A stretch of DNA of 64,000 bases from an uncultured Chloroflexia bacterium (GTDB taxonomy: Bacteria > Chloroflexota > Dehalococcoidia > GIF9 > UBA5629), in assembly GCA_963726215.1 (NCBI GenBank), contig CAVSBU010000017.1:29265-93264 (forward strand), written 5' to 3'. Below are positions 51,882-60,956 of this stretch, one piece after another; the first letter of the stretch is position 1; every line of letters begins with the position of its first letter. Made by a program: the position numbers and the translations under genes. Below the pieces are notes generated by a model that saw only the letters and a list, made by a program, of their open reading frames with translations, was not told the origin of the DNA and did no database searches.

Positions 51882-52671
51882 TCATCGAAGGCAAAAGGTA
51901 AGCCAGGTCAGTCCTCTATGATAGCCAACCACACGAGCCCAGCCGGCGCTGCCGCCGGCAAGCTTCACCGGGAAGCAGGCGACTTTGAAGCCGAAGGGTT
52001 TGGGCAGCTTGTCCAGATTGGCTAACTTCTCTATATGGCAGTATTCCTTATCTCTGCCGACAAAATGCGCGCCCCACAGCAGGTTCTTATCACCTGTCCT
52101 GGCGAACTCCTCTTTTATCGCCCAGAACGGCCGGTCCCAGCCCCAGGCATCGATCCCCATAACCCGGACCCCCTGCTCTATCAGCCACAGCGTTGACTCC
52201 CGGGTCATGCCGCAGCCGGCATCAAAATACTCCGCTTTCCCCCATAATTTGTCGGCGCCGGTCTGTATCATCACAATATCCCAGGGCTTAATTTTGTAGT
52301 TAATCTTCTTCAAGGCTGCTTTAAGGTCATCCACCAGTGATGCCGGAGCCGCGCGGCTTATGCCTCATATCCAGCACCACGCCATCGTGATAAAACCAGT
52401 CGAGGGGCATCTCATCGATGGTCCTGGCTCTTTTCCCTTCAGATGTGGGGGAATAATGCCACGGAGCGTCAACATGAGTCCCGGCATGGGCCCCCAGCGT
52501 CAAGCTGTCGTTAGCCCAGCCCAGCCCCTCCGGCAAGTCCTGCTCGGCTGCAGCCGAAGAAGGTTTTCATCCGCTTGACGCCCTGTTTGTGCGGCTCATG
52601 GGTTACCTTAACCGGCAGCGGCTCGCTGGGGCTATCTTCCACCGGGATACTTAAATCTATTATCTTCACCA
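51882..52671 (-). CDS. cyclase-family protein (kynurenine formamidase-like), two frameshifts
   Basis: MVKIIDLSIPVED.., GAHAGTHVDAPWHY (the HxGTHxDxPxH motif), then DIVMIQTG and GIDAWGWD. Confidence 0.75.
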
Positions 52672-52757
52672 TCTTTGCCCACCTCTTTCGCCTGGCGTTA
52701 AATTTATCTTCCGAAATTGAAGCCCTGAAGATCCATTATAGCAAATAGGCATACTGA

Positions 52758-54877
<2,120 letters not shown>

Positions 54878-54888
54878 TACGGGGATTG

Positions 54889-54908
54889 AAAGGGGCGAAG
54901 CCCCTTTT
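54889..54908 (+). terminator. hairpin after ligA (putative intrinsic terminator)
   Basis: AAAGGGGC-GAA-GCCCCTTT plus T. The stem is 8 bp with a GAA loop. The T-run is short, only 4 nt. Confidence 0.5.
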
Positions 54909-54916
54909 CAGAATAC

Positions 54917-54965
54917 CAATCCCCTCTCCCCTTTGAAGTAGTGCCGTGCATAATGTTATGTCAAT
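54917..54965. repeat. left inverted repeat bounding the low-GC island
   Basis: CAATCCCCTCTCCCCTTTGAAGTAGTGCCGTGCATAATGTTATGTCAAT. Its reverse complement matches 59438-59487 at about 41 of 50 positions, including an exact 22-mer ATTGACATAACATTATGCACGG. Confidence 0.7.
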
Positions 54966-55089
54966 GTGTACAAGGAAGCGTGGTTAAATAAAATATTAAA
55001 ACAAACCTATAGTTAAGCAATAATAAGGCAAACTTGAATTATCTACGGAGCATTTGGTTATACAGATCAGAGTACTATTAATTTAAGTA

Positions 55090-55481
55090 TTAGGTGGCAG
55101 CATCCACCAAATCTTTCAAGAAGGCGATTAAATTTTCTTGCCTGATTTTGTTGTAGCCGAGCCATTTGTAAGTATCATGTTCTGAGGGATCAGGATAACT
55201 TCTCCGGCTATATATTTGCAGAGGTATATGATTGGAAAATTTGCCGCTTTGGCAATTGGTCGCGGTTTGCATATATATGGATAACACGAGCTATCTCGAT
55301 TATTAATCCAGTTTCCTCTTTTACTTAGAGAGATCGCTTCCTCCATGGTCTCACCTGCTTTAACTATTCCACCTGGCACATCCCATTTAAGAGGCATATA
55401 TGTGTTGGATTTTGAACGTCTGGTAATCAAATATTTACCTTTTCTTTCGATAAGTGCATGTCCTGCTACGAAGAATTTCAT
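55090..55481 (-). CDS. NUDIX hydrolase (two frame changes)
   Basis: MKFFVAGHALIERKGKYLITRR...WDVPGGIVKAGETMEEAIS, then in the next frame VKEETGLIIEIARVIHIY (completing the Nudix box Gx5Ex7REUxEExGU). The third frame reads DPSEHDTYKWLGYNKIRQENLIAFLKDLV. Confidence 0.75.
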
Positions 55482-55671
55482 AACTCACTTCCTCTAAGTT
55501 ATCTCTCAGCAATCAACCATCCAAACCAATTACTAAAACTCTAAACAACCTAACTAGTAATGTCATAGCTGGATTATCGGTGCATCATTTGCAATCATTT
55601 GCCTGAAAAGAGACTCTCGAGATACTTTAGGCTATCCCGTTTATGTTATAGTATCAAGGAAGGGAAGCTGA

Positions 55672-56835
55672 CTGAATAATAAGACTCCCAAAATACTAAG
55701 TGCCGAATACGCCACCTTTAGACAAGACGTACAGGATTATTTTACGAACGAAGTGCTTAAAGAGCATTCTTTAGTCATATTTGATCCTATGGCAGGCACG
55801 GCTCCATTAATACCCTTCATTGAAACACATGGTTACAAAGCTTATCTAAATGATATTCAGGCCTCCACTTCTATGTTAATAGAGCAAAAACATACCGAGT
55901 ATTCAAATGTTACAGTAAACATGGTTATGATTGGTTCCTTCAACAGCTGCTTAATTGCCTGTCTCCGCTAAAAGGAGAAAAGCTTTGTATCTCGGATAAA
56001 TGGATAAGTGACAATATACTCAATAATCTTATCGAAGCCTGGAAGGCTATTGGTACCTATGAAGAAGATGTCCAAACACTTTTGAGAGCTGCACTCATAG
56101 TATGTGTACGGTCTTTTTCTTCCATTACCAAATCAAAGAATCCTACTTGGCCAAAGCTTGGCGGAGTCTCATCAAATAAAGATTTTATGGAGATCGCATC
56201 TGACAGTTTGACAAGGTTTGATGAATATTATCTCTATAGTTACAAATCAAGTGAAAGGGAACCAAAACAAATCTCTCGAGAAGGTGAATGTATCTTTACC
56301 ATTCACGATGCAGCCGAACTGACCCTACCAGAGAAAGTTGACCTTATTTTTACATCCCCACCATACTGCAATAGATTGGATGGATTTACTCAATATAGCC
56401 CAGAAAACTACTTTCTATCTGCCATTAACGGTACGACTTGCAAAATGAATTTAATTGGCACCGTCAGAGTGAAGGAATATCAGACTTTCGAGGAAGATTT
56501 CGACTATTTAATTACAAATTCTGAATATGCTAAATATTTATTAAGTAGAATAAAACAATCTTCGGCTCCAGATGATCCGGCATATTATCTCAAATATTAT
56601 ACGCGTTACTTCGCCAAATTGTGCAGCGTCGTTATTAAAAGTGTGGAATTGTGTACCAAGTGGCAAATTTTATATTGTCTTACAAGATAACATACATAGA
56701 GGACAGATCATAGAGATTGATAAAATAATCGAGGAGATATTATCACTCAATAAATCGGCATGCTGCCATACTCCAAAGTTGGGAAAAGGCATCATTTGGG
56801 ATCAAGAAATATTTCTCGAGAACATGCATTTGTAA
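55672..56835 (+). CDS. SAM-dependent methyltransferase with motif I ... TRD ... SPPY order (DNA N4-C/N6-A type), two or more frame changes; start uncertain
   Basis: LVIFDPMAGTAPL (motif I-like), then about 190 aa, then VDLIFTSPPYCNRLD (motif IV). The C-terminal fragment GKFYIVLQDNIHRGQIIEIDKIIEEIL is in a third frame. No restriction endonuclease lies nearby. Confidence 0.65.
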
Positions 56836-56975
56836 AACCGCGCCATCTAGAGAAATTGTTGGTGTTTTGGAAATGATAATTGAAAAAGAATATGACTGCG
56901 GTACTCTTCAATACGATACTCTAAAACATCGTTTCTTCTTATATTCCTAAAAATGGAAGGGCTGCTATTCCTTAT

Positions 56976-57821
56976 TTGGAAACCCCAGTTTTATTGAACC
57001 TGTATCTTACTATGAACTGCAATTTATCTTGTAGTCATTGCGTAACCAAGGATTTTAGTCCGCAAACAGATTTACTCATTACAAAGCAAATATTGGACTG
57101 GATCAATAACTCTCCTTTTATTGTAATTGTCATCACTGGCGGTGAGCCACTACTCACTGAATATGAGGATGATTTAATTAGGCTTTTGACTCAGGTCAAA
57201 CAAAAAGGCCTAATTGTTGATACTAATGGCACTATTTTGCCAAGTGAAAAGGCAATAAATACTTTTCGAGATACTGATACTTTAGTGCGTATTTCTTGGG
57301 ATTCTGCTAGGCCTCAGGACGAAATATTCTTTCGCCACGTAAAAGCTGATACAAAAAGGAATTTGTCCCATAACTTAAAGTTCTATGAAAAAAAGATTGG
57401 CACGATACAGTACCTTCATGCCCAAGGTATTAATGTTGCTGTTCAAAGCGTTATTCATACACATAATAAGGAATCAATTGTTAATTTAATTCCTCTTTTA
57501 CACAAATATTCAATTAAGCAATGGTATATTCAAAGATTCATACCATCATATATGGCAAGTGATAGCAAGTTCAGTTTAAAATATGGTGAATTCGATAAAG
57601 TCGCGTCCCGGCTTAACAAATTAAGTGGACAATACAATATCGAGTGTATTATTAAAAAAGATCGTCGGCATAATTCAGTCGTTCAATTAATAGGAGAAGG
57701 GCTACTATATACACAAGGCAACAAACCCAAGGAAAAGATTAAGCTCGGGGAAATAGGAACAGAAATAAAATACTTTTATCGAGTTAGCTCCGCAGATATG
57801 CGAGAACGATATTATGTCTGA
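56976..57821 (+). CDS. radical SAM enzyme, single [4Fe-4S] cluster, viperin/MoaA-like fold
   Basis: MNCNLSCSHC (CX3CX2C), VITGGEPLL, IVDTNGTIL, VRISWDS, VAVQSVIHTHN, and QWYIQRFIP. Only one further Cys is present, so there is no SPASM or auxiliary cluster. The start is TTG at 56976, or ATG at 56873 (MIIEKEYDCGTLQYDTLKHRFFLY) if one inserted base near 56940 is removed. Confidence 0.8.
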   Translation: METPVLLNLYLTMNCNLSCSHCVTKDFSPQTDLLITKQILDWINNSPFIVIVITGGEPLLTEYEDDLIRLLTQVKQKGLIVDTNGTILPSEKAINTFRDTDTLVRISWDSARPQDEIFFRHVKADTKRNLSHNLKFYEKKIGTIQYLHAQGINVAVQSVIHTHNKESIVNLIPLLHKYSIKQWYIQRFIPSYMASDSKFSLKYGEFDKVASRLNKLSGQYNIECIIKKDRRHNSVVQLIGEGLLYTQGNKPKEKIKLGEIGTEIKYFYRVSSADMRERYYV

Positions 57822-57836
57822 ATGGAGGTAATTAAT

Positions 57837-58799
57837 ATGAGTACTGTTACGCCCAGAAAAATAAAAGACTGGTGTCAAATATTCGCGGATATTTATATTA
57901 GCCCTGATTCAAATAGAACACCGGAGCAAATGTGGATTGCAGTTGTTGCGCATTCAAGTACTATAGGAGAATGTGTGAGAAGATATTTTTTCAGTGATTT
58001 AATGACGGCTGCTTCACATGCTTTTTGTTGGTTATGCAGTTTTATAAATAGGTGTAACACATTAGAAAGTGACAATATTTTTTCATTCTCAGATTCTCTT
58101 TGCGAGATAGTTTCACTCAAATATCCTTTAGTTTGTGGTCATTGCGAGGAAGCCAAGTGTCACTGCTCACCTATTGAAATAGATAAGAAAAAAGATAAGT
58201 CCGCTAGATATGGTAATCTACTGAAAAAATGGGAAGGGGTTATCCAAGCAACCAGAGAATATTCTATTGATAACTGGAAATATGCTTTCAGAGAAATTTT
58301 CGGCGGTCAACTTCAAATTATGACCTTGGAAACTATTGGCTTTCACTTTCTCGAAGAGGTTGGAGAAGGAGCTGTAGCAGTCCGGCAACTAAGTCAGTTT
58401 AATCGTGTAATTGATAAATTCAAAGATATAAGCGCGGAATTTTTACGTGAATTATCTACAGTAAAAGGTATAGCTAACGAATATATAAAGGATGAATATA
58501 AGGAATTTAGAGAGGAAACAACTAGCGGTAAAAAACCAGATATTGATTACACCTCAATAGACCAAAAGGTAATAAAATGGAGGATAGTAGATGCGAAATG
58601 CAATATGGTAATCGAAATAGCTGATACGTTTTCGTGGTTTTGTTCACTCTTGAATAAACTTGATAATATCACGGAAAGCTCAGGATTTGAAGCCTTATCA
58701 TTAGAGAACCAGCTTAATAAGGTGTACTTTGAAGGAGATGTTGTTGCACATTGCCCTACCTGTAAAAGTAAATCTTGTTCCTGCGTTTTCTTTTCTTGA
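57837..58799 (+). CDS. tandem MazG-like (all-alpha NTP pyrophosphohydrolase) protein with two CxxC-x4,5-CxC motifs
   Basis: ATG at 57837 lies 8 nt after GGAGG. The second half has FHFLEEVGEGAVAVRQL and MVIEIADTFSWFCSLLNKL (EExxE...ExxD) and ends in CPTCKSKSCSC. The first half is a degenerate copy (AASHAFCWLCSFINRC...CGHCEEAKCHC). Confidence 0.6.
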   Translation: MSTVTPRKIKDWCQIFADIYISPDSNRTPEQMWIAVVAHSSTIGECVRRYFFSDLMTAASHAFCWLCSFINRCNTLESDNIFSFSDSLCEIVSLKYPLVCGHCEEAKCHCSPIEIDKKKDKSARYGNLLKKWEGVIQATREYSIDNWKYAFREIFGGQLQIMTLETIGFHFLEEVGEGAVAVRQLSQFNRVIDKFKDISAEFLRELSTVKGIANEYIKDEYKEFREETTSGKKPDIDYTSIDQKVIKWRIVDAKCNMVIEIADTFSWFCSLLNKLDNITESSGFEALSLENQLNKVYFEGDVVAHCPTCKSKSCSCVFFS

Positions 58800-58828
58800 C
58801 ACATTATATATGGAAGAGGAGATATATA

Positions 58829-59389
58829 ATGAAAAAGGTAAATGCCCATAACCAAAGACCAACAAGATTCGAGAATTATTTAAACCGAGCAAAGGTCGCT
58901 TCAGAAAGAAGCACGTGTTTAAGGCGAAGAGTAGGGGCCATAATTGTAAAGGGCGAAATAGAGCTGAGTTCGGGCTATGTGGGATCACCAAGAGGGGGTA
59001 CCCACTGTATTGATATAGGGAAATGTCTGAGACGGGAACTTGGAATTCAGCCAGGCACTAGGTATGAGTTATGCCGAAGTGTACATGCGGAACAAAATGC
59101 CATAATAAATGCTGCAAGGACAGGCATGAGTATCGTTGATGGAGAAATGTACATTTACAGCAAAAGACTAGAGGGAGAGTATGAACAAGCCAATATTCGA
59201 AGTAAAAAAATCTACGGCCCATGTATTATTTGTAAGAAGGAAATAATTAATGCAGGTCTGACAAAAGTCCATATGTGGGAAGATGGTGTTGGTAAAAAGA
59301 CATACACTATCAAAAATATCAGAAATTTGTTAGATAAAGAAGAAAAAGAACGATGGCAAAATGATAAATTAGAAACCAAGAATAAGTAA
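58829..59389 (+). CDS. deoxycytidylate (dCMP) deaminase, ComEB/CMP-dCMP deaminase zinc-binding family
   Basis: ATG at 58829 after GGAAGAGGAGA. RSTCLRRRVGAIIV, CRSVHAEQNAI (HAE), and GPCIICKKEIINAG (PCxxC). 186 aa with no additional domain. Confidence 0.85.
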   Translation: MKKVNAHNQRPTRFENYLNRAKVASERSTCLRRRVGAIIVKGEIELSSGYVGSPRGGTHCIDIGKCLRRELGIQPGTRYELCRSVHAEQNAIINAARTGMSIVDGEMYIYSKRLEGEYEQANIRSKKIYGPCIICKKEIINAGLTKVHMWEDGVGKKTYTIKNIRNLLDKEEKERWQNDKLETKNK

Positions 59390-59437
59390 TTTAACGCTTA
59401 TATTTCCAATCCTATCTTTCCACTCTCCTAATGAAAT

Positions 59438-59487
59438 ATTGACATAACATTATGCACGGGGCTACTTTGAAGGGGAGAGGGCAGGGT
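59438..59487. repeat. right inverted repeat bounding the low-GC island
   Basis: ATTGACATAACATTATGCACGGGGCTACTTTGAAGGGGAGAGGGCAGGGTG is the inverted partner of 54917-54965. It ends 17 nt before the pth ATG. Confidence 0.7.
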
Positions 59488-59503
59488 GAGGGGTCAATAA
59501 ATA

Positions 59504-60086
59504 ATGAAACTAATTGTTGGTCTGGGTAACCCGGGCAGAATTTATGCTCAAAACCGCCACAATATCGGCTATCGCTGCATAAATCATCTGGCCAAGCTCT
59601 ATTCTATCGAAACAAACAGACGCCAATGCCATTCTCAAGTCGGCAGCGGTAAAATAGCCGACGTTAAAGTCGTCCTGGCTAAACCTGTGACCTTCGTCAA
59701 TCTCAGCGGCGAGGCGGTTGGACCCCTGATGCGCAGATACAAAATCAAGGCAACCGACCTGATTGTGATTTATGACGACCTCGATTTGCCACTGGGCAAG
59801 CTCCGCCTCCGCCCCGGCGGCAGCGCTGGAGGGCACAAAGGGATAAAGTCAATAATCTCGGCTCTGGGGAGCAAGGACTTCTGCCGCATCAAGGTAGGCA
59901 TCGGCCGCCCGACCAAAGAAGATGGAACAGCAATCACCGACGAGGACGCTATTGTCAACTACGTGCTCAGCGACTTCACCCCCATGAAGAGATCAGTAAT
60001 CAAGCCCGCCATCGCCACAGGTGGCCAAAGCCATCGAGTCCATCCTGACAGACGGCATAACCGCCGCCATGAACAAGTTCAATTGA
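59504..60086 (+). CDS. pth: peptidyl-tRNA hydrolase (frame changes near 59985-60020)
   Basis: MKLIVGLGNPGRIYAQNRHNIG and DDLDLPLGKLRLRPGGSAGGHKGIKSI. The C-terminus is restored in another frame as VAKAIESILTDGITAAMNKFN. Confidence 0.9.
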
Positions 60087-60098
60087 ATGTGGGCTGCT

Positions 60099-60266
60099 CT
60101 ACCTTATGGCCAAGCCCAGATAGTACGGCCAGACGACCACAGCCAGTATTATTTTCCACCAAATCAAATTGGCATAACCAATAGTGAATAGCCAGCCGAT
60201 GAACCAAACAGTTCCAGCAAGGCTCGATGCGGTATGATGCACACTATGTTTGCTTTCTTCCATCAT
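60099..60266 (-). CDS. small membrane protein (hypothetical)
   Basis: Below the track cut-off. GGAGGCATTAA RBS. MMEESKHSVHHTASSLAGTVWFIGWLFTIGYANLIWWKIILAVVVWPYYLGLAIR has two hydrophobic helices. Confidence 0.45.
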   Translation of the reverse strand: MMEESKHSVHHTASSLAGTVWFIGWLFTIGYANLIWWKIILAVVVWPYYLGLAIR

Positions 60267-60409
60267 TTAATGCCTCCTTTCGTATTACCTCAAAAATTAA
60301 TGTTTTTTGGAGTATATAGAAATAAAGCGATCGTGAAAGTAGCACTAACTGGCCATGCTGACGAAACAGCAAACCGTTTTGTTTATTCACGTATCTTTTA
60401 ATGGTGGCT

Positions 60410-60850
60410 TTATTTTATCTTCACCAGCTCGATGTCAAAAGTCAGGTCTTTGCCGGCGAGAGGATGGTTAGCATCCAGGGTGACCGTACTGTTGTCAGAG
60501 ATGTTGGTGATAGTAAATCTAATTTTCTCGCCATTCTGTCCGGTCGCCTCCAACATCTGGCCAACCTTTGGCTCTATGTTGCTGGGAAGTTTCTCCTCGG
60601 GTACTTCTATTACCATGTCATCAAGGTGTGGCCCGTAAGCCTCATCCGATGGGATGGTAACGGTTTTCTTTTCCCCGACTTTCATTCCCAGTACAGCTTT
60701 TTCAAACCCGGGAATCATATTGCCTTTACCTAAAGTAAATTCCAAGGGGTCACGCCCCACCGATGAATCAAATACCGTGCCGTCTGCCAGCTTTCCGGTA
60801 TAGTTCACCTGAACCGTATCGCCGTTCTTGGCTACGGCTGCTCCAGGCAA
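60410..60850 (-). CDS. FKBP-type peptidyl-prolyl cis-trans isomerase (probable lipoprotein; 5' end frameshifted)
   Basis: GDTVQVNYTGKLADGTVFDSS...FTLGKGNMIPGFEKAVLGMKVGEKK. The upstream frames read ISYIVLIVIFLLGAIL and YAGCNSLPGAAV (a lipobox-like AGC), so the true start is probably near 60930. Confidence 0.85.
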   Translation of the reverse strand: MPGAAVAKNGDTVQVNYTGKLADGTVFDSSVGRDPLEFTLGKGNMIPGFEKAVLGMKVGEKKTVTIPSDEAYGPHLDDMVIEVPEEKLPSNIEPKVGQMLEATGQNGEKIRFTITNISDNSTVTLDANHPLAGKDLTFDIELVKIK

Positions 60851-60956
60851 TGAATTACATCCTGCATAAGTATTGCCCCCAACAAAAAAATTACTATGAG
60901 AACAATGTAGCTGATTTTAAATACTTTAACCTCCAATTTCTATATTAAGCTCAGGG

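Larger units (their letters stand above)
54917..59487. other. low-GC genomic island (five nucleotide-enzyme genes) inserted between ligA and pth, no mobility gene
   Basis: Hand-counted 60-nt lines inside give 27-38% G+C, against 42-62% in the flanking ligA/pth lines. The island is bounded by the inverted repeats. I saw no integrase, transposase or tRNA. Confidence 0.6.

Noticed and set aside
55584-55602. Tandem ATCATTTGC ATCATTTGC in the NUDIX / methyltransferase divergent control region as an operator.
   Set aside because: It is two 9-mers only, in a very AT-rich region where such repeats arise by chance, and no regulator gene is present in the island. Noted but not called.
58829-59389. AvcD/DCD-type antiphage deoxycytidylate deaminase.
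   Set aside because: Those proteins are much longer and carry an N-terminal P-loop kinase-like domain. This ORF is 186 aa with only the deaminase domain. It is kept only as a component of a possible new system.
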